Below are positions 9,373-18,644 of a stretch of DNA of 36,937 bases, piece by piece. Where the stretch lies: IMG/VR virus record IMGVR_UViG_2698536485_000021, one strand, 5' to 3'. The stretch's first letter is position 1. Every line of letters starts with the position of its first letter. Under the pieces are notes generated by a model. That model worked only from the letters and a program-made list of their open reading frames with translations. It ran no database searches and had not been told where the DNA came from. The position numbers and the translations under genes are program-made. This DNA comes from a virus (lineage: Duplodnaviria; Heunggongvirae; Uroviricota; Caudoviricetes).

Positions 9373-9708
9373 TTACGAATGATCATTCTGTTTAGTCTTC
9401 ATGAGAAAATCCCGAATCTTTGCCAAGTTTGAATTTTCGGGGATTGAATCCATGTACGGATCACGCTCAAACACTAATTGCTCAGATTCAACGAAAGCCT
9501 GCCACTCTACTGGGTCTAGCTCAAATCCCATTGCTGTCATATCACTTTCATCTTCCCCCTCGATCCAGTGGACTAAATAAAACAATTCATCATCAGGAGA
9601 ATCATCCTCACCATCAACAATATCAACATCGGTTACAGTGATACGTAGGGTGGGATCGATTTTTGAGACATAAATTCCTAACTGTGGTATAGGGGGAATA
9701 TTGTTCAT
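9373..9708 (-). CDS. Small, strongly acidic protein of unknown function
   Basis: 111-aa ORF rich in D/E (DVDIVDGEDDSPDDE, EGEDESD); AGGAG RBS upstream; opposite strand to its neighbours. Confidence 0.6.
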   Translation of the reverse strand: MNNIPPIPQLGIYVSKIDPTLRITVTDVDIVDGEDDSPDDELFYLVHWIEGEDESDMTAMGFELDPVEWQAFVESEQLVFERDPYMDSIPENSNLAKIRDFLMKTKQNDHS

Positions 9709-10087
9709 GGAAACTCCTTTTATTGGTGTTTGCTATTTGAATAAAAATACGCCAAACAGAGTGTTAACTGTGAATATGGAAAGAATCGTTGTAAGTACCC
9801 CGCTTAGGTGTCCCATTCTATTTTAGAGGTTCTCGTGCATATGGATTATGTTATCTGAAAGTTAACTTCCGCTTCCCGTTCACAGCGAACATTCATCTTT
9901 GTAAACCCGTATGATCCGTTTTTCAAGTGGCCATTCAGATACGGATTTTTACTTCTTTGACAGTGCATGACTATGCTGCATGAAATCGCATGATCGATTG
10001 AGGATCGTCTTTGCTCAGATCCGCCAGAACTGGCGGGCTTTTGCTCATGTCATGCATGTGCATGAAAACCACTGCATAAAGCGGGCA

Positions 10088-10106
10088 GGCGTGGCGGGGA
10101 TACGAG
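10088..10106. other. Possible cos (cohesive-end) site: GGCGTGGCGGGGA...
   Basis: From memory, P2/186 cohesive ends begin GGCG(A/T)GGCGGGGAAAGCA; the first 13 nt match here and the rest diverges; position between gene A side and Q side is as expected. Confidence 0.25.
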
Positions 10107-10184
10107 CGCGCGCAATGCTATGATCTGGCTCTTTCAAAACTGTTAACGGTTCTTCACATTCTTAAATGATCATGGTAGCTTAAA

Positions 10185-10322
10185 CATGCACATGTAGGCA
10201 GATTTGTTGGTTGTGGTATCGCAATCAGTGATCTAAATGTTAGATGGATTCGCCTTCTGACATCCTTGTAGCCATTCTTGGGCTGTCCTATGCTTTGCGT
10301 AAGAGTGCCTACATGTGCCTAC
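10185..10322 (+). ncRNA. Retron msr-msd non-coding RNA (template/primer for msDNA), approximate bounds
   Basis: Perfect 13-bp inverted repeat GCACATGTAGGCA (10188-10200) / TGCCTACATGTGC (10306-10318) placed like retron a1/a2 repeats, ending about 35 bp before the RT start; total span fits an Ec67-size msr+msd. Confidence 0.5.
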
Positions 10323-10353
10323 CCTAACTGATAATCAAGGTTGATTTTTAGAT

Positions 10354-11856
10354 ATGGCACCCCTATCAATTTTAGAACGTTTACAAAACGCTGCTAACAG
10401 GCAAGATTTGGCTAGTATCTTGAATCTTAAAACTGCTTTTCTTACGGATGTTATTTATCGTTTAAAAGCTGAAACGCAGTATACACAATTTACTATTCCT
10501 AAAAAAAACGGAGCGCCGAGAGTCATATCAGCACCTACCACTAAGCTCAAAGATATTCAACGTAGATTAGCTGATGTTTTATATTTATGTCGTGCAGAAA
10601 TTTATAAAAAATATAATATTAATCCAGTTTTATCTCATGGGTTTGAAAAAGAAAAGTCAATTATTACGAATGCTGAACGGCATAGAGGTAAAACGCTACT
10701 ACTAAATATAGATCTTGAGGATTATTTTGATAGTTTTAATTTTGGACGTGTTAGAGGTTTTTTCTTATCAAACAGAGATTTTAGATTAAATAATACTGTT
10801 GCTACAACGATCGCACAAATTGCATGTTTTCAGAATGGACTTCCTCAAGGAAGCCCATGCTCTCCAATTATAAGTAACTTAATCAGTGGAATTCTTGATA
10901 TAAGATTATCAAAGTTAGCAAAGAAATACGGATGCAATTATTCACGGTATGCTGATGATCTTACATTTTCAACTAATAAAAAAACATTTCCAAAAGAGAT
11001 TGCTGATGTTGGCGGAGAGTCTGTAACCCTAAGTCCAACTTTAATTAAAGAGATTATAAAGGCTGGCTTTAAAATAAATGATAAAAAGACAAGGGTTTGT
11101 TATAAAACATCACGACAAGATGTTACTGGGTTGACTGTTAATAAAAAAGTGAATGTTGGCAAAGAATATGCAAAAGTAACGCGTGCCATGGCTCATTCTC
11201 TTTATAAAGATGGTTCTTTTGTTATTGTTACTGAATCAGGAAAGATTGAAAAAGGTACATGTGCTAAATTAGAAGGCCGTTTTGGATTCATTGACTCAAT
11301 AGATAAATATAATAATTTAAAACTAAAGAATGCAAGACAGTTGGAAAAGTACCAAAGTGTAAATCATGGATTAAATTACACTGCAAAATTGAATTCGAGA
11401 GAAAAAGCCTACAGTTATTTTCTATACTATAAAAATTTTCATGGAATGGAAATGCCAACAATACTCACTGAGGGTAAAACAGACCGTGTATATTTAAAGT
11501 GTGCTTTGAAGTCATTGGCGAATTCATATCCTTTATTGTTTAATTCTTCTGATGATAGCTCTAAAAATGAGTATCGTGTTAATTTTTTTAAAGCAACTGA
11601 AAAAACAAGCTATTTTCTTGACATTTCTGGCGGTGCTACAGACTTCAAAAGATTTATATTAAGATACCAAGAACAAAAAAAGAGGTTCGAGAAATTTAAA
11701 CCAAAGCACCCTGTTATTATGCTTCTTGATAATGACTCAGGCCCTAAAGATTTATTAAATCACTTAAAGGATAAAGTAAAAATTGTCCAAATGATGTTGA
11801 TACTATTCGTAAGGCAAGGTATACCCACATATTTGACAATCTCTATTTGTTATTAA
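10354..11856 (+). CDS. Retron reverse transcriptase fused to a TOPRIM domain (Retron-Eco2/Ec67-like), reading frame broken near the 3' end
   Basis: RT motifs NIDLEDYFDS, QGSPCSPIISN, RYADDLTFS and retron-type VTGLTVN; TOPRIM-like TEGKTD glutamate and LLDNDSG DxD motif. Confidence 0.8.
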   Translation: MAPLSILERLQNAANRQDLASILNLKTAFLTDVIYRLKAETQYTQFTIPKKNGAPRVISAPTTKLKDIQRRLADVLYLCRAEIYKKYNINPVLSHGFEKEKSIITNAERHRGKTLLLNIDLEDYFDSFNFGRVRGFFLSNRDFRLNNTVATTIAQIACFQNGLPQGSPCSPIISNLISGILDIRLSKLAKKYGCNYSRYADDLTFSTNKKTFPKEIADVGGESVTLSPTLIKEIIKAGFKINDKKTRVCYKTSRQDVTGLTVNKKVNVGKEYAKVTRAMAHSLYKDGSFVIVTESGKIEKGTCAKLEGRFGFIDSIDKYNNLKLKNARQLEKYQSVNHGLNYTAKLNSREKAYSYFLYYKNFHGMEMPTILTEGKTDRVYLKCALKSLANSYPLLFNSSDDSSKNEYRVNFFKATEKTSYFLDISGGATDFKRFILRYQEQKKRFEKFKPKHPVIMLLDNDSGPKDLLNHLKDKVKIVQMMLILFVRQGIPTYLTISICY

Positions 11857-12110
11857 CACCATTGCTTCCTGGAGGGAAAGAGTCTTGTATGGAGGATTTA
11901 TTTGATAGCACGGTACTATCAACGGTGCTTGATGGAAAGACATTTAATAAATCTAATGATACGGATACAAAAACAGAATATGGTAAGCATGTGTTTTCAA
12001 CAAAGGTTATAAAGGCAAATTGTAAAACAATTAGTTTTGAAAAGTTTAAAGTTATTTTTGATGGTGTTGAGGAAATTATTGCAGATTATTCAAAGAGGTG
12101 CAAAGTATAA
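11775..12110 (+). pseudogene. C-terminal continuation of the RT-TOPRIM gene in a shifted frame (apparent 1-bp deletion within 11775-11856)
   Basis: Second frame opens at 11775 and runs to 12110; 500 + ~87 codons is close to the ~586 aa I recall for the Ec67 RT. Confidence 0.5.
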
Positions 12111-12159
12111 CTGTAATTACAGGCAAAGAGTATGCTCTTTGCCTTGTATTGTGGGACGA

Positions 12160-13194
12160 TTACATATCTAAGTTATATTCTGTAAATGCGATAATATCTG
12201 TACCTAACCAGACATTAATCTCCTTGATCCGTTTTTGCATTGATATCAATTCGTTTCTTACGAATACCTTACTAGCCTTTTCCACATCCCCAAACCCCCC
12301 AACATTATTAGGCATAATCCCCATCATTTGCGGCGGCACGCGGTGCGCAGCCATCATGTCATCGCGGCTGACATTTTTGATATTCAGAAACTCATCCTTC
12401 GCCGCGACCTCTGACAACGGGATAATCTGAAGCCCGTCTTTTTTGCCGTTAGGCGAGTACATAAACAGATTGCGGAAGTTGCCAGGACCTTTGGCGCTTT
12501 TCATCGCATTGCGGAGGTTGTTCACATCCTCCTGGTTCTGCGCGGCATCGGTCATGTACATGATGAAGCCTGCATGACTACCGTTAATGTAATATTTGCG
12601 GCGGAACAGCGTGGCGGACTCGTTGAGCAAAGCGGATGGGATGGCAGAAAGATAGCCGGGCAGGCCGTAGATCTCCTGATTAATATCCGGTTCCATCAGA
12701 TGAAAAATGCTGCCTTTCGTGAACTGATACGGCTGGGTTGTCATACCGTATTGCACAAACCAGTAGGTATCTAGGTCTAACCCGCGTCGGGTATATTTTG
12801 CCAGGGCAGGCTCAAGGGCGATAACTTCACCGAAGCGGTTCGTGTGTTTCTCCAGGTAGGCGTTACCAAATACCAGGTAGTCCTGCACAAAACGTGAAAA
12901 AGCCTGCTGGCTGAGCAGCGGGTGAGGGATATAGGTACTGGTCAGAATGTTGCACTTTACTGCAATCGGGGAACTGTGATGCACGGCAGCGCGGAAGGTG
13001 CGCGCCAGTCCGTCAAAGCTGACGGGCGGCTCATACCAACGGTCCATCTGTACGCATTCCACATAGTCCAGTAATTCTCGGCGGTCCAGAACAGGAACGG
13101 GATCGCCGAAGCTGAATGCTTCGGCTGTAGTTTGACTTTTAAGCTGGATCTGATTCGTCGCCGCAGCGCGGTTCTTCTTACTCTTTCCCATCAA
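12160..13194 (-). CDS. Q: Portal protein (P2 gpQ-like)
   Basis: 344 aa, same length as P2 Q; conserved blocks (FGDPVPVLDRRELLDYVEC, AVHHSSPI, LFRRKYY). Confidence 0.9.
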   Translation of the reverse strand: MMGKSKKNRAAATNQIQLKSQTTAEAFSFGDPVPVLDRRELLDYVECVQMDRWYEPPVSFDGLARTFRAAVHHSSPIAVKCNILTSTYIPHPLLSQQAFSRFVQDYLVFGNAYLEKHTNRFGEVIALEPALAKYTRRGLDLDTYWFVQYGMTTQPYQFTKGSIFHLMEPDINQEIYGLPGYLSAIPSALLNESATLFRRKYYINGSHAGFIMYMTDAAQNQEDVNNLRNAMKSAKGPGNFRNLFMYSPNGKKDGLQIIPLSEVAAKDEFLNIKNVSRDDMMAAHRVPPQMMGIMPNNVGGFGDVEKASKVFVRNELISMQKRIKEINVWLGTDIIAFTEYNLDM

Positions 13195-14957
13195 AAAATC
13201 TCCACAATATTGCTGGTATTGGCGGATTCGCCCTGCAGCGGTTCGTTAAACAGTGCGTGCATCGTTGCCCATGCCAGATCGGCGTGGCTGGCTTCTTCGC
13301 TGCGGCTGGCTTCATAGGTCGGGCGGTTGCCACTGGCGGTGGTGGAGCGACGGATTGCCATAAAGGACTGCGCTATGTCGGTGTGTCCGGCGTCAAACTC
13401 CAGACGGCGGTGGCTGATAATGTCGTAGGCCTTGAGTACCAGGGCGTTTTTAACGTTGGGGTTGTAGACAAACTCCCGGACGGCAGGAAAGAACGCTTTC
13501 ACGTTCTCATAAACCCCGTGACCAACGCCGGTTGAGTCGATACCGATATAGGTCACGTTGTACTGTTCGGTCAGTTTTTTGATGGCGTCAGCCTGGGCGC
13601 GAAAGTCCATCCCGCGCCACTGGTGACGCTCAAGAATGCGGAACTTGCCGCCCGGCACGGCTGGCGGTGCCACCACCACGCATCCGGCACTGTCGCCGTT
13701 CTGCGTACCTTTCGCCGGGTCATAACCGATCCACACTTCGCGCCAGCCAAATGGGCGCAGTGCCAGTGCATGAAAGTCGGTCCAGACTTCCCAGCTGTCC
13801 ACCATGCACGCCTGCAGCTCGCTGAGTGGGAACACAGACGCGAGATCGTCCACAAACTCGCACATCAGCAGGTTCTGGTATTCGTCCGGGCTGTACTCCA
13901 TGCGTAACTGATCGAGGTCGAACAGGTTACATCCGCCGCGCACTGCATCTTCCACGGTGACTATCTGGCGGTATTGCCCGTCTGCGCACAGCAGGCCGGG
14001 GGCCAGATTGCTGTGGGACAGGTCGATGTCCACCTTATCGGCTTTGTTGCGCCCACGGTTGAACAGCGCACCGGACCAGAACGGATAAGCACTGTGTGTC
14101 AGGCTGGATGGCGTGGAAAAATAGGTTTGTCGCCATTTTTTGTGAATAGCCATACCGGAAGCCACTTTGCGCAGCTCCTGGAATTTCGGTATCCAGAAAT
14201 ATTCATCCAGATACAGGTTGCCGTGGTAACTCTGGGCTGTGCGGGCATTGGTGCCGAGGAAGTAAAGCGTGGCCCCGTTGGGAAGCACCATCGGATCGCC
14301 TTTCAGCTCCACCTCCACTTCTTTGGCGAAGTCGATGATGTACTGTTTAAAGACGTGGGCCTGTGCTTTACTGGCGGAAAGGAAAATCTGGTTACGTCCA
14401 GTCAGAAGGGCGTCAATCAGGGCTTCACGGGCAAAGTAAAAGGTCGCGCCGATCTGGCGTGACTTCAGCAGGTTGCGGATGCGGTTGGTTTTTCCGGCTT
14501 CCCACCAGTGGCGCTGGTAGTTGAACATGGAGGAATGGAAGATTTCTTCCAGCTTCTCAATCTGCTCATCGGTGAAAACATTCTTTTCCGGCTGACGGCG
14601 CGGGCCTTTGTTGCGGTTGGCGACGTTAGGGTTTAAGTCGGCTTCGTTACCGCCATTGTTAAACTTGCCGATGCGCGCGTGGCGTTCCGACTGGCGCGCC
14701 AGCAGGTCAATTTCTTTGAAATCTTTCCCTTCTTTGTGCTCCTTCATAATGAGCTGGCAGTAGAGTGCGGCGGTGGTGAGCTGCATCTGATCCAGCGGCC
14801 CATAGTCACCCCACTTGTCGCGTTTTTTCCAGCTGTGAACGGTTGCAACTTTCTCGCCCAGCATTTCAGCAATGCGGGCTACGCGGTATCCCTGAAAGTA
14901 CAGCAGCATGGCCTGCCGACGGGGATCGAGATCTGCGGGTGTCAGTGTGGTGTTCAT
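13191..14957 (-). CDS. P: Terminase large (ATPase) subunit (P2 gpP-like)
   Basis: 588 aa; co-directional with Q with overlapping stop/start; P2 P is about 590 aa. Confidence 0.85.
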   Translation of the reverse strand: MNTTLTPADLDPRRQAMLLYFQGYRVARIAEMLGEKVATVHSWKKRDKWGDYGPLDQMQLTTAALYCQLIMKEHKEGKDFKEIDLLARQSERHARIGKFNNGGNEADLNPNVANRNKGPRRQPEKNVFTDEQIEKLEEIFHSSMFNYQRHWWEAGKTNRIRNLLKSRQIGATFYFAREALIDALLTGRNQIFLSASKAQAHVFKQYIIDFAKEVEVELKGDPMVLPNGATLYFLGTNARTAQSYHGNLYLDEYFWIPKFQELRKVASGMAIHKKWRQTYFSTPSSLTHSAYPFWSGALFNRGRNKADKVDIDLSHSNLAPGLLCADGQYRQIVTVEDAVRGGCNLFDLDQLRMEYSPDEYQNLLMCEFVDDLASVFPLSELQACMVDSWEVWTDFHALALRPFGWREVWIGYDPAKGTQNGDSAGCVVVAPPAVPGGKFRILERHQWRGMDFRAQADAIKKLTEQYNVTYIGIDSTGVGHGVYENVKAFFPAVREFVYNPNVKNALVLKAYDIISHRRLEFDAGHTDIAQSFMAIRRSTTASGNRPTYEASRSEEASHADLAWATMHALFNEPLQGESANTSNIVEIF

Positions 14958-15003
14958 GGCACAAACCTACAGCCTTGAATGACGGCTTTCCCCGCCTGCG
15001 GTT

Positions 15004-15021
15004 TGTGTGGTTGTCGGTACA
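15004..15021. promoter_or_regulatory. Ogr-dependent late promoter element TGT-N12-ACA in the divergent P/O control region
   Basis: TGT 15004-15006, ACA 15019-15021 with exact 12-nt spacing, between the divergent P and O starts. Confidence 0.5.
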
Positions 15022-15099
15022 AATACCGCGCATTGTTTCACTGCCCCCATCACCGCAACCATAAGGCTCCAGTAAGTTTTTTCTAACGGAGCACGGCTC

Positions 15100-15933
15100 A
15101 TGACAGTGAAAGCAAAGCGTTTTCGCATCGGGGTGGAAGGTGCCACTACCGACGGACGTGAAATCCAGCGTGAATGGTTGGAACAGATGGCAGCCAGCTA
15201 CAACCCGGCGGTGTATACCGCGCTGATTAACCTTGAGCACATCAAGTCTTATCTGCCGGACAGCACCTTTAACCGCTACGGCAAGGTGACGGCGCTGTTT
15301 GCTGAAGAAATCACGGAAGGTCCGCTGGCGGGCAAGATGGCGCTGTATGCCGACGTTGAGCCAACGGAGTCCCTGGTGGAGCTGGTGAAAAAAGGCCAGA
15401 AATTATTCACCTCTATGGAAGTCAGCCCGAAGTTTGCTGATACGGGCAAAGCCTACCTAGTCGGCCTGGCGGCCACTGATGATCCTGCCAGTCTGGGCAC
15501 TGAAATGCTGACATTCAGCGCCAGTGCAGCCTATAACCCGCTGGCAAACCGCAAGCAGAATCCCGCCAATCTTTTTACCGCTGCAGAGGAAACGGTGAGC
15601 GAACTGGAAGAAATCCAGGAGGACAAGCCGTCCCTGTTTGCCCGTGTCACGGCGCTGTTTACCAAAAAAGAGCAGTCCGATGACGCCCGGTTCTCTGATG
15701 TGCATAAGGCCGTGGAGCTGGTCGCCACTGAGCAGCAGAACCTGAGCGCACGCACCGAAAAATCCCTGTCTGAGCAGGAAGAACGCATGTCTGAGCTGGA
15801 GACTGCTCTGCAGGAGCAGCAAACCGCCTTTAACGAACTGGTGAATAAGCTGAGTCATGAAGACAGCCGCCAGGACTACCGCCAGCGTGCAACAGGCGGT
15901 AACGCCCCCGCTGACACTCTGACCAATTGCTGA
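15100..15933 (+). CDS. O: Capsid scaffolding protein (P2 gpO-like)
   Basis: 277 aa, first gene of the rightward head operon; acidic helical C-terminal half. Confidence 0.8.
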   Translation: MTVKAKRFRIGVEGATTDGREIQREWLEQMAASYNPAVYTALINLEHIKSYLPDSTFNRYGKVTALFAEEITEGPLAGKMALYADVEPTESLVELVKKGQKLFTSMEVSPKFADTGKAYLVGLAATDDPASLGTEMLTFSASAAYNPLANRKQNPANLFTAAEETVSELEEIQEDKPSLFARVTALFTKKEQSDDARFSDVHKAVELVATEQQNLSARTEKSLSEQEERMSELETALQEQQTAFNELVNKLSHEDSRQDYRQRATGGNAPADTLTNC

Positions 15934-15949
15934 TGGAGCACAAAACCTG

Positions 15950-17008
15950 ATGAAGAAGAATACCCGCTTTGCTTTTAACGCTTACCTGCAGCAACTGGCA
16001 CGTCTGAACGGTGTGGCAGTTGAAGAACTGTCCAGCAAGTTCACTGTAGAGCCGTCTGTGCAGCAGACGCTGGAAGACCAGATCCAGCAGTCCGCCGCTT
16101 TCCTGACGCTGATTAACGTCACGCCAGTGACTGAGCAGTCCGGTCAGCTGCTGGGGCTGGGTGTTGGCAGCACCATTGCCGGAACCACTGACACCACCGC
16201 GAAAGAGCGTGAACCTGTCGATCCGACGCTGATGGTCGATGTGGAATACAAATGCGAACAGACCAACTTTGACACGGTGCTGACCTACGCGAAGCTGGAC
16301 CTGTGGGCGAAGTTTCAGGATTTCCAGGTGCGTATCCGTAACGCCATCGTGAAACGTCAGGCACTGGACCGCATCATGATTGGCTTTAACGGAGTGAAGC
16401 GTGCGAAAACCTCTAACCGTAGCGAAAACCCGCTGCTGCAGGATGTGAACAAAGGCTGGCTGCAGAAAATCCGTGAGGATGCACCGGATCACGTCATGGG
16501 CAGCACCACCACGGGCGGTGAAACCATACCGGGTGCGGTGAAAGTCGGGAAAGGTGGCGAATATGCCAACCTGGACGCCGTGGTGATGGATGCGGTCAAT
16601 GAGCTTATCGACGTGGTCTACCAGGACGATGACGATCTGGTGGTGATTTGCGGTCGTGAGCTGCTGTCTGACAAGTATTTCCCGCTGGTCAACAAAGAGC
16701 AGGAAAACAGTGAAAAACTGGCTGCCGATATGATCATCAGTCAGAAACGCATGGGGGGTCTGCAGGCCGTGCGTGCGCCGTTCTTCCCGCCGAATGCGCT
16801 GCTGATCACCCGTCTGGATAACCTGTCCATTTACTGGCAGGAGGACACCCGCCGCCGTTCGGTTATCGACAACCCGAAACGTGACCGGATTGAAAACTTT
16901 GAATCCGTTAACGAAGCCTATGTGGTTGAGGACTACCGCTGCGCAGCACTGGTGGAAAACATCCAGATTGGCGACTTCAGCGCCGCCGCCGCAGAAGCCG
17001 GAGCATAA
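15950..17008 (+). CDS. N: Major capsid protein (P2 gpN-like)
   Basis: 352 aa (P2 N ~357), follows O. Confidence 0.85.
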   Translation: MKKNTRFAFNAYLQQLARLNGVAVEELSSKFTVEPSVQQTLEDQIQQSAAFLTLINVTPVTEQSGQLLGLGVGSTIAGTTDTTAKEREPVDPTLMVDVEYKCEQTNFDTVLTYAKLDLWAKFQDFQVRIRNAIVKRQALDRIMIGFNGVKRAKTSNRSENPLLQDVNKGWLQKIREDAPDHVMGSTTTGGETIPGAVKVGKGGEYANLDAVVMDAVNELIDVVYQDDDDLVVICGRELLSDKYFPLVNKEQENSEKLAADMIISQKRMGGLQAVRAPFFPPNALLITRLDNLSIYWQEDTRRRSVIDNPKRDRIENFESVNEAYVVEDYRCAALVENIQIGDFSAAAAEAGA

Positions 17009-17011
17009 ACC

Positions 17012-17662
17012 ATGAGCCTGAGTCCCGCACGGCAGCATCGCCTGCGCGTTCAGGCTGAACAGGCCGCCCGCGAGGGCGGCAGTGTTCGCCACGCGTCGGG
17101 CTATGACCTGATGCTGCTGCAACTGGCGGAAGACCGCCGCCGTCTCAAGGGCGTTCAGTCCACGGTCAAAAAAGCGGAAATCAAGGTGGAGCTGCTGCCG
17201 AAGTACGCCGCCTGGGCAGAGGGTGTCCTGACTGCCGGAGGCGCACAGCAGGATGACGTGCTGATGTACGTGATGCTGTGGCGCATTGATGCCGGAGATT
17301 ATGCCGGGGCGTTGGAGATCGGGCGTCATGCCCTGCGTCATGGCTGGGTGATGCCGCTGGGTAACCGCAATGTGCAGACCGTGCTGGCAGAGGAAATGGC
17401 AGACGCGGCGCAGAGCGCAATGCTTGCCGCCACCGGCTTTGATGCCGATCTGTTGTTGCAGACGCTGGAGCTGACAGACGGTCTGGATATGCCGGACCAG
17501 TCACGGGCGCGTCTGCATAAAGCGATTGGCGCTGTCCTGAGTGAAAGCAATCCGGCTTCTGCCCTTAACCATCTCAACCATGCGTTACAGCTCGATCCCC
17601 GCTGTGGCGTGAAAAAAGACAAACAGCAGCTGGAGCGCAGACTGCGCAATGACAGCCGCTGA
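17012..17662 (+). CDS. M: Terminase small subunit (P2 gpM-like)
   Basis: 216 aa, follows N as in P2. Confidence 0.75.
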   Translation: MSLSPARQHRLRVQAEQAAREGGSVRHASGYDLMLLQLAEDRRRLKGVQSTVKKAEIKVELLPKYAAWAEGVLTAGGAQQDDVLMYVMLWRIDAGDYAGALEIGRHALRHGWVMPLGNRNVQTVLAEEMADAAQSAMLAATGFDADLLLQTLELTDGLDMPDQSRARLHKAIGAVLSESNPASALNHLNHALQLDPRCGVKKDKQQLERRLRNDSR

Positions 17663-17758
17663 CAGAACGTGCCCCCGCGCACGGGCGGCACGGGGTGGCG
17701 AAAGGCACAGCCACATCAAAATCCCGTCCACCGCCCTCTATTTCAGGAGAAAGCAGCA

Positions 17759-18222
17759 TGAAGTTTGTTGCGCCAGAACAGGCACCGGAACAGGCGGAAA
17801 TCATCAGAAATACGCCGTTCTGGCCTGATGTGGACCTGTCGGAGTTTCGCAGCGTGATGCGCACTGACGGCACGGTGACGCAGCCGCGTTTAAAGCAGGT
17901 TGCCCTGTCGGCAATTTCGGAGGTCAACGCAGAGCTGTATGAGTTTCGTAGACGTCAGCAGATGCTGGGATATGTGTCGCTGGCTGAGGTTCCGGCGGAA
18001 CAGCTGGACGGCAAAAGTGAGCGCATTCAGCACTATTTCAACGCGGTTTACTGCTGGGCACGCGCCATGCTCAACGAACGATACCAAGACTATGACGCCA
18101 CGGCATCCGGTGTGAAGCGGGGCGAGGAACTGGCGGAATCCAGCGGTGATTTGTGGCGTGACGCCCGCTGGGCCATCAGTCGGGTGCAGGATGCGCCGCA
18201 CTGCACAGTGGAGCTTATCTGA
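17759..18222 (+). CDS. L: Head completion/stabilisation protein (P2 gpL-like)
   Basis: ATG 17759 with AGGAG RBS; synteny after M. Confidence 0.7.
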
Positions 18223-18425
18223 TGAAAGTGCGTGCGCATCAGTATGACACGGTGGACGCGCTTTGCTGGCGTCATTACGGGCGCACGCAGGGTGTCACGG
18301 AGCAGGTACTGAAGGCAAATCCGGGGCTTGCCGAATACGGCCCCTTTTTACCTCACGGGCTGCAGGTGGAGCTGCCGGACATTCCGACAACCACCACCGT
18401 GCAGACCGTCCAGCTATGGGACTGA
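18222..18425 (+). CDS. X: Tail protein X (P2 gpX-like)
   Basis: 67 aa, same length as P2 X; start overlaps the L stop. Confidence 0.8.
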   Translation: MKVRAHQYDTVDALCWRHYGRTQGVTEQVLKANPGLAEYGPFLPHGLQVELPDIPTTTTVQTVQLWD

Positions 18426-18428
18426 ATT

Positions 18429-18644
18429 ATGACGCTTGAGCGAATCAGCGCCTTTATCACGTATTGCATCGCCGTCGTGCTGGCCTGGCTGGGCGATTTG
18501 TCCATCAAGGATGCCTCAACGCTGGGCGGCCTGATGATCGGTGTGCTGATGCTGGCTATCAACTGGTACTACAAACACAAAGCCTACCAGCTTCTGCGCG
18601 ACGGGCAGATCTCGCGGGAGGACTATGAATCCATCAATCGTTAA
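18429..18644 (+). CDS. Holin
   Basis: 71 aa with hydrophobic helices and charged C-terminus, immediately upstream of the endolysin. Confidence 0.7.
   Translation: MTLERISAFITYCIAVVLAWLGDLSIKDASTLGGLMIGVLMLAINWYYKHKAYQLLRDGQISREDYESINR

Noticed and set aside
9955-9983. TTGACA-like -35 with possible -10 upstream of the retron
   Set aside because: The -10 candidates are poor (ATGAAA) and the region is AT-rich, so the match is not distinguishable from chance by eye
10354-12110. Retron region as a transposable element or IS
   Set aside because: No transposase, no terminal inverted repeats flanking the RT; it sits as cargo within a prophage bounded by att repeats
15830-17341. 503-aa minus-strand ORF
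   Set aside because: Antisense to the capsid N and terminase M genes, which have clear synteny and coupled starts; composition-driven shadow ORF
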